From: the human T2T-CHM13v2.0 reference genome, Homo sapiens | DNA: 64,000 bases | Assembly: GCF_009914755.1 (NCBI RefSeq) | Contig: NC_060947.1 | Direction: 5' to 3' (one strand) | Shown: piece by piece, positions 35,740-48,327 of the stretch | Position numbering within the stretch: position 1 is the first letter of the stretch | How the letters are laid out: each line of letters opens with the position of its first letter | Notes under the pieces: generated by a model | Told to the model about the DNA's origin: nothing | What the model saw: only the letters and a program-made list of their open reading frames with translations | Database searches by the model: none | Translations under genes and position numbers: made by a program

Positions 35740-35927
35740 ATCTCCCCTAGAAATGTTCAATGTTCCTTCCCCTGGGCTCCCAGGGCTTTTGTTCATCTCT
35801 GTCTCAAGAAATCCTGAAACATGTGTAGCCCCTTGAGGGTAGAGTCGATCTAAGCCTTATTCAAAGTGTAGCCCAACCCTAGCATCCCGTTCAGCACCAA
35901 AGACGCTCAGTGCCTGCTTGTTGAATG
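35740..35927 (+). mobile_element. L2 3' fragment
   Basis: CCTTGAGGGTAGAG...CCTAGCA...GCTCAGTGCCTGCTTGTTGAATG. Confidence 0.5.
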
Positions 35928-36204
35928 CTGTTTCCTCACCTTAATCAGAAATGGGAGAGTATCCCTGAGTGTGGAGCTGAGTGAAGAGCAAAGGCAGCTT
36001 TCTGAGGCATATTTCATTGGGAACACACACAATATGATTTGTCTGTTTGGGAGGGTCTCTGAGATTTATGTCTATTGGATTGGAGAAAGAAAATCTTTTC
36101 TACATCCTCACCTACTTGGAGAACACATTCACTGATCTAAGAGGCTGGATGGAATGGGCAGCTCTTGGCAAAGGTAAAATGCACAGTTATCTTATGAAAT
36201 AACT

Positions 36205-36500
36205 GGCCAGGCACAGTGGCTCACGCCTGTAATCCTAGCACTTTGGGAGGCCGATGTGGGCAGATCATTTGAGGTCAGGAGTTCGAGACCAGCCCGGCCA
36301 ACATGGTGAAATCCCGTCTCTACTAAAAATACAAAAAAATTAGCTGGGCATGGTGGCACCTGCTTGTAGTCCTAGCTACTTGGGGGGCTGAGGCAGAAGA
36401 ATTGCTTAAACCTAGAAGACAGAGGTTGCAGTGAGCCAAGATCGTGCCACCGCACTCCAGCCTGGATGACAGAGCACAACTCCGTCTCCCCCGCAAAAAG
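36205..36500 (+). mobile_element. AluS element with very short tail
   Basis: Full dimer; flanking GAAATAAC repeat. Confidence 0.93.
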
Positions 36501-37497
36501 GAAATAACCATGGCTTCACTTCCTCTCTTCTCTCCTCCCTATAGTCTGCCATTACCATTTTCCAAGGGCCCCAAGCCCCAGCTGCTAGCGATGTATGGAA
36601 GTGTCAGACATGTTTTAGTTGCTACTGCTCATACTATCATCTGCAGGTAGACCCTGAGATGATCTCGAGGGAAGTGAACCCCAATACTAGCCTCTTCAAA
36701 GCAGCATTTGCCCCAACAGGAAGACTCTTTGGCCAATCAAACGCAGGTGTTGTTGGAATGGAATTGTTCCTGCAATGCCCTCTCTTCACCTCTTCCTCCT
36801 GCTAAAACTGTCCTTTCCTTCCTCTTTACTCAAGGTGGGTCACTGCATTGAGCATGCACGGAAAAAGGGCTTGGGGTTTTCTCCAAATACATTTTGAACT
36901 GGAAAATTAAGCTATATTTATTTTGCCTCTTAAATGGGTTAGAAGAAAAATCACTGAGTAGATCCCAGCATTGGCCAATTGCTTAGTGCTGCATGCAGAT
37001 TTGTGGAGATATTGGTGGACTCCATAGGTTGTGACCTTCCCGTCGCTTATGAATTGCATATCGCATCAGAGCAGAACTCCCAGGGGCTTCCATGTCAAGA
37101 AGTACCAAGAAGTGCTGCCAGGGATGGGCTGTTCTGCCTCACAATTGTGATGAACAGTCTAAGATGGCCCCAAATTCCAACCACCTGTCCTGCAATGATA
37201 CATGATCCCCTCCCCTTGACATACCCAAGACGGGATGCACCCCATAAATGCATAAAAACATTATGTGTCTATTTTTAAAAGTTAACCTGGGCCAAAAGAA
37301 AGAAAAACTGCAATTGAAAAGCTTCTAAAAGTTGTTTTTGGTGCTAAAAATGGACACAGCATGATGACGTTTTTTAATGAGGGCACCAGTCCATGGGTGT
37401 TTTTGGTTATTCAAGTGTGGGTCTGCCCCTAGGTTGAGGAGCATGATGAGGCACAGGCATCTGGAGTGTGGGGTAGCAAAGTAAGAGTGCTCCATAC

Positions 37498-38062
37498 TGC
37501 GCTAGTTTTCTATTGCTGTGTAACGAATCACCACATAGTGACATCGCACAGCACAGATTTATTATCTTACAATTTCCGTGGGTCAGGTTATCTGAGTCCT
37601 CTGCTCAGGGTCTCACCAAGCCACAAGCAAGGTGTCAGCTGGGCTATGGTCTTATCTAAGGTTCATAGTCCTCTTTTAAGCTTACATGGCTGTTGGCAGA
37701 ATTCAGATCTTTGTGGTTGCAGTACTGAGGCCCCATCTCTTGCTGGCTGTCAGCTGGGAGCTTCTCACAGATCCTAGAAGCTGCCCACAGTTCCTTGCCA
37801 TGTGGTCCCCTCCACAAGCCTCCTCACCCTTCCCACCACTCTGACCTCAGGGAGTAGCCAGTTCCTTTTAAGCTGTCACCTGATTAGGTCAGATCCACCT
37901 AGGTCATCGTCCTTTTGATTGACTCAATGTGAACAGAATTAGTCACCTAATCACAGGAGTGACTTCGATCCCAGGTTCTGTTCACACTCAAGGGGAGTGG
38001 GTTATATGGGGTGTGCACAGCATGGGGCACAATATTGAGGACCATCTTAGAATTCTGCCACA
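37498..38062 (-). mobile_element. MLT1 (E-like) MaLR LTR
   Basis: TAGTTTTCTATTGCTGTGTAAC..CAAGGTGTCAGCTGGGCT..GTTGGCAGAATTCAG..CCATCTTAGAATTCTGCC. Confidence 0.8.
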
Positions 38063-38289
38063 CATACAGAGCCTAGGGAAGGGGAAACACAAGGGAAAGA
38101 AACAGTTTCATGCATGGGTCCATTTCTGTTCAGAAGACAGTACAATGCCTGGCCTTAGTAAATAGGAAACTTTTTTCAAGTAATGAGGGTGGAGGCTGTG
38201 TGAAAGAGGTGGAACCAACTTTTGCATATACTCGAAGCCAGGCAGGATATTGGAGCTAATACAGTAAGCCTCAGGAAACTGACCACTTG

Positions 38290-38475
38290 CTTGGTTCTGT
38301 TCAAAGTGTGGCCCATAAACTGGTCCATCAGCATCGCCCAGGAGCATGTAAGAGACATACATCTTCAGAAGCCCCACCTCAGACCTGCCCAGTTAGAATT
38401 TCTGGGGTGGTACTCAATTATCTCTTTTAACAAGTTTTCTGGGTGATTCAAGTGCACCCAGTTTGAAAAGAATGG
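38290..38475. mobile_element. MER5A
   Basis: TCAAAGTGTGGCCC..CATCAGCATCGCCCAGGAGCATGT..GCCCCACCTCAGACCT..TTTAACAAG..GGTGATTC. Confidence 0.75.
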
Positions 38476-38994
38476 CGTTAGCCAACCCTGTAAGTTCGGT
38501 TTTTTTCCAACAAATATTAAGCATCTACACAGCACTCACAAGGATCTTAACTTTGAGACAAGAATTCAGTTGCACTTAAAAGAGATAAATAACTTGCCAA
38601 ACACACAAAAGTCTGAAGATCAAGGTTATAGATGAATGGACCCTTAAGAAGAATGGTCTGACCCCAGGGCAGGCTATCCTTTAGGCTTCTGAGCAGCTGA
38701 ATGTTCTCACACGTACCGACAAGCATCTGCCACTATCGACTCTGAAAGAAGCCACATACAAACTCTGCCTTGATACTAGCACAGCCGAAGGGGAATGGAA
38801 ACTTTTGTCAATTTGATGATTTGAGTATTTTAAGAACAGAAGTTCAGCTATTCAGCCCATCCAATGAATCCGGTAAAAGTAGATCCTGAAGATAATCCCT
38901 AAGTACTACTCAATGGAAAAAAATTGTGCTGTTGGGACTGCATTGGCACACAACAGTTCTGTGAACATCTCACAGCAGCAGAAGCCCAAGACAG

Positions 38995-39150
38995 AAGCAG
39001 TGTAGCCTGGTGGTTAGGAGTTCAGGCGCTGGCATGTTGCAAACCTGGGGTGGAATTCCAGCTCTCCTACCCGCCAGCCTCTCTAAGTTTCAGCTCTTCT
39101 CGTCTACACAAATGGGACAAGACCAGTGCCATCCTCATTTAGTGAGGATC
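38995..39150 (+). mobile_element. MIR
   Basis: GCAGTGTAGCCTGGTGGTTAGGAG..CCTGGGGTGGAATTCCAGCTCT. Confidence 0.65.
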
Positions 39151-39169
39151 CAATAATTCAGGCACCATT

Positions 39170-40330
39170 CAACAATTAAAAGGCAAATAGTCCAATTAAA
39201 AGTGGGCAAGGGATTTGAAAAGACATTTTCTACAAATTGCCACTGATGTACAAATTGCCATTAAGTGCATGAAAAGATGCTCATCATCATTAGTAATCAG
39301 GGAAAGACAAATCAAAACCACAATGAGACAGCATTTCATACCCACTAAGGTGGTTATAATGAAACAACAGACAATAACAAGTGTTGGTGAGGATGTGGAG
39401 AAACCAGGACCATCATATACTACCGATAGGAATGTAAAATCATGCAGCCACTTTGGAAAATGGTTTGGTGGTTCCACAAAATGTTAAACATAGTGGTTGA
39501 GTCAGCTCAGGCAGCTCTAACACAATACCACAGACTGGGTGGCTTAAACATACATTTATTTCTCACACTTCTGGAGGTTGGGAAGTCCAAGATCAAGGTG
39601 CCACCATGCTCAAGTTCTAGTGAGGGCTCTCCTCCTGGTTTGCAGACAGACACCTTCTTGCTGTGTCTTCACATGGCAGAGAGAGAGCATCTTTCTAGTG
39701 TCTTTTCAAAGGCATTAATGCCACTCATGAGGGCTTCACCCTGATGGCCTAACTACCTCCCAAAGGCTCCACCTCCAATTACCATCTCACTGGGGGTTGG
39801 AGCTTCAAAATATTAATTTTAGCGAGACCCATTCAGTCCACAGCAACACAGAATTACCATATGATTCATATATATCCAAGAGAATTGGAAACACATGTCT
39901 ATACAAAACCCATATATGGATATTCATTCACAGAAACATTATTTATCATAGCCAAAACATGAAACAAACCAAATATCCATCAGCTGATGAATGGATAGAC
40001 AAAATGAGTTCTATTCATACAATGGAATATAATTCACCCACAAAAAGGAATAAAGTATTGATACTTGCTACAACATAAATAAACCTCACGAACATTACTC
40101 TACATGAAGAAAGTCAGTCACAAGAAAACATATATTGTATGATTCCATTTGTATGAAATGTCCAGAATAGGCAAATCTATAGAGACAAAAAGATTAGGGT
40201 TGCCAGGGGCTGGGAGAAGAGGAGAATGTGAGTCACTGCTAAGGGAAATATTCTGGAATTAGATTGATTATAGCAAGACTTTGTAGATATACTAAAAACC
40301 ATTGTTTTAGACATTGAATTTATGGTGTGT
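39170..40330 (+). mobile_element. L1MB 3' fragment interrupted by a MaLR LTR
   Basis: ORF2 C-terminal remnant (MKRCSSSLVIRERQIKTTMR) and 3'UTR; resumes at AGAATTACCATATGA after the LTR. Confidence 0.88.
39494..39845 (-). mobile_element. MLT1A/MST-type solo LTR nested in L1MB
   Basis: ATACCACAGACTGGGTGGCTTAAAC..TCTGGAGGTTGGGAAGTCCAAGATCAAGGTGCCA..CATTCAGTCCACAGCA; flanks ACATAG / ACACAG. Confidence 0.88.
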
Positions 40331-40419
40331 AACTTTTATGTCAATTTTTTAAAGTAGAAAAATCCACATAGATTGACCTTGTCAGTTTCCCTGACACATA
40401 GAAAATACATACAAGTTAT

Positions 40420-41085
40420 CATAACAAAATAATGAGATGTGGAGAAATGTAAAATGGTGCAGCCACTGTGAAAAACTATATGGTGGTCCTTCAAAAAATT
40501 AAACATAGAATTACCATGTGATCCAGAAATTCTACTTCTGGTTACATACCCAAAAGAATGGAAAGCAGGAACTTGAACAGACATTTGTATTCTCATGATG
40601 ATAACAGCTTTATTCACAAAACAGCTAAAAAATAGAAGCAACCCAAGTGTCCATGAAGGGACGAATGGATAAACAAAATGTGATATAGACATACAATGGA
40701 CTATTTCGCTTTTCAAATGAAGGAAATGCTGGCACATGCTACAACGTGGATGCAACTTAAAGACATTATGCTAAGTGAAATTGACCAGACACAAAATGAC
40801 ACATATTGTATGTTTCTACTCATGTGAGGTACTTAAAGTAGACAAATTCATAGAGGTAAAAAGTAGAATGGTGGTTGTCAGGGGCTCAGGGGACAGAGGA
40901 ATGAGAATTTATTGTTTAATGGGACAGAGTTTCAGTTTGGAGGCTGGAAGAACTCTGAGATGGATGGCGATGATGGCTGCACAACAATGTGAATGTAACT
41001 CATGCCACAGAACTGCACACTTAAAAATGGTTAACATGGTAAATTTTATATTATAAGTATTAAACCACAATTAAAATGTTTTTAA
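40420..41085 (+). mobile_element. Second L1MB 3' fragment
   Basis: AATGTAAAATGGTGCAGCCACTGTG..GACATTATGCTAAGTGAAAT..ACTGCACACTTAAAAATGGTTAA terminus. Confidence 0.9.
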
Positions 41086-41962
41086 TAGAGCATTGTAGAT
41101 AGAGGCTATAAAACAATGCCTTTGTAAATTAATAATCAAGCAATAATAAAATGATTATTATATGTTCCTGTCTTTAAAAATGAAATGGGAATTACATATT
41201 CCTTCACTGTAGTGGACTGAGGATAACAATGCATGAGGATAACATGAACCTCCAGGTTCAGAGAGAGGAAAATGACCAAGGAAGCCTTTTCAGGACTCAC
41301 TGATGGTCTCTGCTTTCTGGGGAGCAATTCATATGCCATCTTAGCTCTGAAATATTTGCACACCATCTCTTCAGAGGCAGCATCTGAGCTGCGTTCCCTG
41401 AAGAGATGCCTTGGGTATCTCTGGAGCTAAATCAGGCTAAACCCAGAAGCAATCATCACTGAGGTGTTGCTTTTCAGAGAACAAATGGCCACCTGTATAC
41501 TAGAGACATTTTGAAAGGCTAGGGAGAGCGGTCCAATTTGAGGTTAATGAAGTCTTTGAAAAGATAACCATACCTTGTCAAGAAGATGCTAAATCTTTGC
41601 ATAATAATTACTTTCCTGACATATCCAACTTTAGTCTCATTCCTACTTTTACTTTTTCATCCTAACGATGCTTTTCCTAATGGAATTTGTCGTGATTTTT
41701 CTTCATAGAATTTTTATGTGGCCAGCCTGGTAATCATTTTTATTCCTCATCAAATAATTTCAGAAAAACACTATGCATGCAGAACAATATAATGATAATG
41801 ATCATTTAAAGTATTCAGGGAAATCCTAAAATCCCCAAGAGGAAAATATAATTATATAAGAGTTCTGCTGTAGTGTTGTTAAGTTTTATTTCACCAGACG
41901 CGTAATACCTCTTTGGTTTGATTTCATACCTCATCTCATACCTCTAGAGAAATTTGTGTGTC

Positions 41963-41986
41963 GGGGGGTGGGGGGGCGGGGAGGGG
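41963..41986 (+). other. G-quadruplex-forming motif G6-T-G7-C-G4-A-G4
   Basis: Four G-runs of at least 4 with single-nucleotide loops, followed by an A-run. Confidence 0.8.
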
Positions 41987-42349
41987 AAAAAAAAAAATCT
42001 CTTATGATGCACACCTGCTGCTTATTATTTCAATTTCTCATAAAAATTGTAGTGTTTACTCTATTAGCATCACAAAAGCAGTGTAAAGACCAATAAATAG
42101 TGAATATCTGTAGCAGATAATACATATACAATGAAAAACCACAACTTAAATTGTTTTCTCTACTTCACAGCAAGAATATAATATGTTTCAACAAATTTCT
42201 TCACTGATTAAATAAAGTATCTGCATTATATGGATGTGATACAAGGAGATTTTTAAAATAGGATTTAACTTCTAGTTAAACATGGCCAATTTAACCTATG
42301 GATTTCTCTCTAAGGAGTTACATAAATCCCTTACGGGGATTCCAAAGCT

Positions 42350-42678
42350 TGCTCTGAGGGTAGCCAGGCACCATGTCATGAGGACACTCAGGCATCCATG
42401 TGGAGAGCCCAAATAGAAAGGAACCAGGTTGCCAACACCAAGTTGTGAGGGTGCCATCTTAGAAATGTATTCCTCGGCCCCAGTCAAGCCTTTATATGAT
42501 TGCAGCCCCAGATGACACCTGACTGACAACTTAGGAGCAACCACAAGCCAGAACTGTCACATTGAGCTACTACTGAATTCCTGACCAATAGAAACCTTGA
42601 AAAATGATAATAGATTATTGTAGCTTTAAGCCACTAGGTTTGGGGTGATTTGTTCCACAGTAGTAGATAACTAATAGA
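42350..42678 (+). mobile_element. MLT1 (F/G-like) LTR fragment
   Basis: GCCCCAGTCAAGCCTT..ATGATTGCAGCCCCAG..TTTAAGCCACTAGGTTTGGGGTGATTTGTT..AGTAGATAACTAATA. Confidence 0.8.
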
Positions 42679-43091
42679 AGTGTTTTCTTCATTCTCATTA
42701 GGAACTTCCTGAAATGTGTCTCTTATCTACTGCGTTAAAACTCATTAACAAATTTCTATTTTCAACATATTAAGTCCAAACTTCCCTTCATTTTCTATAA
42801 TTTGGAGCCTACTTTAATTCTCACCACTCCACCTATGCTGCAATGTAGCACAGATATGATTTCAAGAATTAGTCATTATTCCTCAATTAGCCTCTATGAA
42901 ACTAGCATGGACTTGGCAGTCAGAGAGTCCTGGGTCCTAATTCAAAATCCACTTCTTGTTTGCCTATCTATATTTGCCATTTTCCCAGAAGAGGCCACTG
43001 CATGAAGAGTGGAACACAACCCACGACAAGAAGGAAGAAAAGCACCATTAGGATCAAAAAGTAAAAGTAGGAATAAGACTAAAGTTGGCTA

Positions 43092-43515
43092 TGTCGGTTA
43101 GCTATTGCTGTGTAACAAGTTACCCCAAAAGTTAGCAACTTAAAACAACGCACACTTATTATCTCACTAAGCATCAGCCCAAGATTTGTGATCCCATATG
43201 AAGACTTGACTGAGGAATGACCTGATTCTGAGTTTGTGTGATCATTAGCAGGACTCAGTTCCTCGCAGGCAATAAGACTGAGTCTCAAAGTCATCAATAG
43301 TGGCAAAGTCTGCTAGCCAGATAAATATTACAGCCCTTTGCATCCTAATCAACAGGATGGCATCTCACCACTTTTATCATATTCTATTGGTAAAAAGCAA
43401 GTCACTAAGTCAATCCACACTCAAGGTTTGGTGGGGAGGTGGGGCAGGTTACACAAGGGCATAAATATCAGGAGGTGGGAATCACTGAGGGCCGTCTTAG
43501 AAGTCTGCCCACCAT
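43092..43515 (-). mobile_element. MLT1-type LTR
   Basis: TGTCGGTTAGCTATTGCTGTGTAACAAGTTACCCCAAA..ATTCTATTGGT..GCAAGTCACTAAGTC..AGGAGGTGGGAATCACTG. Confidence 0.78.
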
Positions 43516-43554
43516 GGTTTGGATACATAAAATAACCTACATATTCACTTTAAT

Positions 43555-43655
43555 GGCCTGGTGTTTAAGAATACAGACCCTGGAGCTAGACTGCCTGAGT
43601 TCAAATCCCAGTTCTGCCACTTTTAAGCCTGTATAACCTTACGGAGGTTACTCAA
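43555..43655 (+). mobile_element. MIR fragment
   Basis: CTGGAGCTAGACTGCCTGAGTTCAAATCCCAGTTCTGCCACTT. Confidence 0.8.
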
Positions 43656-44080
43656 CAGAACCTACGTCACAACAAAGTTCACAATGTCCACAGGCTAAAA
43701 ATAAAACTAATTCAATTGTACTTTTAGTGCAATAGTAGGAAACAGTAGGAAAAGTACTATTCTTAGTACTAAGACTTTACAAAAAGTTCTCCCCAGCACA
43801 CCATGGGTAATGGAAGCAACAGCATTTTCCAGAACAGCTTCACAGTAAACACTACAATGAATTTCTGTAGACCACTTGATAGAACTAACCTTAATCTAAA
43901 CCAATGGCACCCACCAAAGTTCAACGTGACATGAGCAATTCTTGGAATAGTCAGAAAAATCAGATCTACAGCCTAGCTCACCCTTGATCGGATTTGACCT
44001 CACTGATTTCAGAATATTTGAAAGAACAGAGAGCTGGCATGTTCTTCATGTAATTCTCCCTAAAAACCATTTCTTTCAAC

Positions 44081-44298
44081 AGATATTTCGATGAAGACTA
44101 AGTAGCTGTAAATTCGAAACTGTATTTCCTGGTATAAGGATTCAGGTAATTTATACACATAAGATATATATTTTTTAATTTCCTGTACAAAGTAATCTAA
44201 TAAGACATTTTGATGAAGACTAAGTAGTCATAAGTTCAAAATTGTATTCTCTGGTATAAGGATTCAGGTAATTTACAGGCAAAAAGTAATCTAATAAA
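44081..44298. repeat. Diverged tandem duplication, period about 122 bp
   Basis: GATGAAGACTAAGTAG at 44090 and 44212; CTGGTATAAGGATTCAGGTAATTTA and AAAGTAATCTAATAA each occur twice. Confidence 0.9.
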
Positions 44299-44349
44299 TA
44301 TTAAATATAAATATTAAAGGTCTTGTTGTTTTCTGTTGCTGGTTGAAAA

Positions 44350-44560
44350 CAAGCCCCAGTCTTGATCTGAATTAGGGCCCTACCACTTACTGGCTTACTC
44401 TATGACCTTGGTCAAGACTTGTCTGAGCTTCAGGGTTTTCAACTTGGAAAATGAAATAATAATAATGTCATCATATTGGGTCGCTAGGAGAATTAAATGA
44501 GATTGTGTTTGCAAATTGCATAACATGATACTTGGCTCAAAATAAGCTTTCAAAAAAATG
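44350..44560 (+). mobile_element. MIR
   Basis: TATGACCTTGGTCAAG..TCTGAGCTTCAG..GGAAAATGAAATAATAATA..GAATTAAATGAGAT. Confidence 0.75.
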
Positions 44561-44639
44561 GTAAAAATCCTTAAATATTATTTTTAACTGGAAAGTCTCC
44601 TTATACCACAAGTTTATGAATCTTAGGGCTGGTTGATTT

Positions 44640-45072
44640 GATCACTGTTCAGCAAATATTCATTCTTTTCCCTGCCTCACCACAGCCCACCACCCAAACC
44701 TCCATGGCGGAGTGTACTTCCCCAGACCATAGCTATGTGACTTTCTTTAAACCATGCAAGTGGACAGAGGTGACAGTGTACAAATGATTCTGAACCTTGG
44801 ACTTAAGGGGTATCATGCATTCCCTTTGGAAGCTATGAACTTCTGCCAGGAGAAACACAAACCCGTCTAGTCTGGGCCCCAAATAAGACACATGCAACAC
44901 AGCTTAACCCAATTTGCAGCCTGGAAGCTGGAACCCAGAGCATAGAGTCCAATTTCGTTCAGGAGAACTATAGCTGGTCTTGAAACTCATAAGTGTTAGA
45001 ATAATTTTATCTTAAGCCCCTGAGTTTCAGGGAAATTTGTTACATAGTATTACTGTGGCACTAACTGACTGA
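44640..45072 (+). mobile_element. Old MLT1-type LTR
   Basis: GGAGTGTACTTCCC..CTATGTGACTTTCTTT..TAAGCCCCTGAGTTTCAGGG..TTTGTTAC..TACTGTGGCACTAACTGACTGAT. Confidence 0.7.
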
Positions 45073-45489
45073 TGTACTGGATAAAGTCACTTTAACAACT
45101 ACTCTCTGAGACATTGGGCCCCTACCTGCCAAATGCTAAACCCTTTGCTATTCCCTATGTTGCATCTCTCTGCTAGTCCCCAATGCAGGGGGTGTCATTA
45201 TGTATAATTTGTGTCTCATTTTACCTATGTGCTTTCCGTCTGTTTCCGCCATGGCTCTCAATATCATTCTAGATCAGTCTCAGGTATCAGTTGGTGAATG
45301 CTTTGTTTTGTTTTTTTCTTTTAAGTTTTTATTTTGACATAATCATATAATCACAGGTAGTTGTGAAATAGTTCATAGAGTCTTGTGTACATCTCAGCCA
45401 CCTGTTGCCAATGATGACATTTTATATAACTAGGGTACAATATCAAAACCAGGACACGAATAAAGCAAAAGTGAAATATATATATTTTT

Positions 45490-45680
45490 ACCTGAGCTTT
45501 ACTTAGCAGCTATGCAATCCTTGGTGAGTTACCTATTATTACTGAAGCTCAGTTTTCTCATCCATAAAATGGGGATAATAACCCCTACTCCAAAGGTTTG
45601 TGGGAGAATTGAGATAGTGTTCCTAGAACACCTAGAATGGTACTGAGTTAGGCACAGAAGCGGCAATAAATGGCAGCTCT
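45490..45680 (+). mobile_element. MIR
   Basis: CTCAGTTTTCTCATCCATAAAATGGGGATAATAAC core. Confidence 0.85.
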
Positions 45681-45839
45681 CGTGATTTTTCTGTAGGTTT
45701 CACAGTGAAAAACAAATAGTAGGTTCCCAAGTCATATATACTGATGCACACCTTCTCTATGGGATCAATAGAATAACACTGGATTTTTCTTCAAGAGTTC
45801 CACAAGACTTGTCATCAATACTTCAAGGATAAATAAAAC

Positions 45840-46420
45840 ATAATGCAGACACTCAGGAAGAAAAGACAAGTAACCTACAAAATAGGGTTACACATCTCTG
45901 CAGTGACACTGAAAGCCAGACAGTAATGGAGCAATGAGTACAATATTCTAAAGGAAAGAATGTGAGACTCACATGAAATCCATTCAAGATATCATGCCAG
46001 CAAAGAGGTGGCAGAGAAAGTATGAAATGGTTCAGAAAAACCAGCACCCATGAGCCCTCTTGTTAAAAACCGCTTGGAATGAAATCCAGACAAATAGGAC
46101 TCTACAGAACTAAAACCTCAAGAATGGAGAATCTTTGGTCAAACAATGGAGAAGGAGCAGAGAATCCTTTTACATAAGACTGATATTAAGCAATTGTCAG
46201 AATTATGGTTACCAAGCATAACATAACCGTTATGTAAACTATCACAGTGTGAAAATAATATAAGAATGAGGAAAATCACAAGGGAAAATGGAGAGAAGTA
46301 TGAAATTACTAACATCCTCACATTTCATAGCAGGGAGTCAATCAATATTATCTAAAATTGAAACTGTAATTCAAAGATATGTAATGTCTCCAACTTCTTA
46401 ATGTTACTAATCATCTCTTC
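45840..46420 (+). mobile_element. Ancient L1 ORF1-like / HAL1-like fragment
   Basis: AAGTAACCTACAAA..GAAAGCCAGACAGTAATGGAGCAATG..ATTCTAAAGGAAAGAA..CACCCATGAGCCCT resemble L1 ORF1 C-terminal remnants. Confidence 0.55.
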
Positions 46421-47399
46421 CTTTAACCTTAGAAGCAATCTTTTAGGAGCTAATTAATATCTCTTACAGAAAAAAAAATGTACATGAAGTTTAGTGATTC
46501 TCTCAGTTCCATATCAGTTTCATTTCTTTCTGAAGTAAAGTAAAATTAACGAAGTAAAGATAATGATAATACTTTCATAAAACTGGATGAATAACAAACT
46601 ACTAAAATAAAAACATGGTTTTGTAGAACTATCCGTCCATCTTTACTTCCATCCTTCATCCCGGACACATACTTTGGAAGGTGCTCAGGACAAGGATCAT
46701 CCAGCACTGATGACATTTATTCCTCGTGGGTGGGAATTCCAGCTGGTTTTTATTTTATTTTATTTTATTTTATTATTTGTATGTCTCTGTATTGCTTGAT
46801 CTTTATCACAAGGATGAATTGTTTTAAAACAAGGAATAAAGCCGTTGTGACTTGGCCTCTCATGGGCCGCCTCTTGCAGCAGTTTGTCTTTCTGTTCCAA
46901 GTACTGCTTAAATAATGTAAACTGGAAAGAGAAGCCAGCTTTGATCTGATTTATTCATGCTGTCCATTTATAAAAACCGAAGGCAGTGGATAAAGGCCCA
47001 GCCAACCTGCTTCTTGTTGCATATAAACATAGCAATAGAGAGCCGCAGGAAGGGCAGAGGGGAAGGTGCTCAGCCATCAGTGTGGGTGTGGGTCCTGTCT
47101 TGAGTCATCCTCTCCCTCCCACCCCCACACACTCTTGAAAGCCCATCTCAGGGTCTTCATCAGGACACACACTAAGAGCGACACTTGAATCATATCCCAG
47201 AAAAGGTCAATTCTGAGATCCTGCCTCAATCTATTTTTCTGCCTCTTTGGCTTCTCTTCCCTCTGAAACTTGGAGCAAATAAGTATTTCTTTCTGATAAG
47301 TTTTTTGTTAATTTTCACATGAACAATAACAAAAATCCGTACATTCAGGAATTTTTGCAAGGTGCCTGGTGCTTTCATCAATAAAATTCAGTTCCAATT

Positions 47400-47500
47400 T
47401 GTAGCCATTATCAACAAAACTGGAACTTCCTTGGCTGTGGCAAGAAGGGACTGTTTCCCACCAGCTGCTGAGTCACTGGCTGTAGTTCTGTCAGGTAAGT
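47400..47500 (+). promoter_or_regulatory. Candidate exon end / regulatory element with perfect donor CAG|GTAAGT
   Basis: Donor at 47494/47495; TGCTGAGTCA (AP-1/MARE-ARE) at 47466-47475; ACTTCCT ETS-like core upstream; non-repeat context. Confidence 0.35.
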
Positions 47501-48086
47501 GCTCCTGGAGCGAGCTGCAGATGCTGACTGACACAGAAACCAGAAAGCCTCGCTCCATGCCCCTGATAGATTCAAACAAACACTTGGGCGTTTAGCCAGG
47601 GGGCTGTGAAAGGACACTGCCCTGCATAAAACCCAAAACCGGAGTTGGTCGTGGAAGGCTATGTGCTTCAGGCGATTCAGAATCTTGTCGCCAGCGAAAA
47701 CCCTCAGAAACCTGCTGAGAAAAAGATCCACTAGAGGACATGGGCCCTCCCCACTTTTAGAGGGTGAGCAGAAAAAGTGGGTCCCTCTCCACTTTTAGTG
47801 GCCGAGCAGGAACCTGCACAGAAGGGAAGCTGAGGCGGTGGATGCCTGTGCTTCCTAACGGCACTGCCTCAGCCAGAGGGCTCCCATCATCAGTCACTTT
47901 CTCCCATTACCCTCTAAATGTGCAGGGTGACAGTGCTGCAGATCCCTCCCCAAGGTGCACGCTGGTCAGCCTTGCCCAGCTAATCACGTCTCTGTATGGT
48001 AGCGAGAGCTGCTCTTGGCCCATCTCAGCCCATATTTCTCTAGTACAGCTTGATGAGCGTTCATGGCACCACACGGTGCTCAGAGC

Positions 48087-48168
48087 GTGTGTGTGTGGGT
48101 GTGTGTGTGTGTTCTGACATCCCTTAAACACCACTAGTGTTGCTAACAGGGTGTGTGTTTGTGTGTGA
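48087..48168. repeat. Two interrupted (TG)n tracts
   Basis: Directly visible. Confidence 0.8.
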
Positions 48169-48327
48169 TGTACTTAGGTCTCCTTTTCTATTAACACTTG
48201 TTAAAATACTGTTAAGTTCAAGGCAGAGGAAGTATTTCTGAATTCAGGTTATTTGTGAACACTCCGCACACTCCATAAGAAGGCTTCAATTACACAAGTT
48301 AAAATTTTTTTTTAAATGACTTCATTA

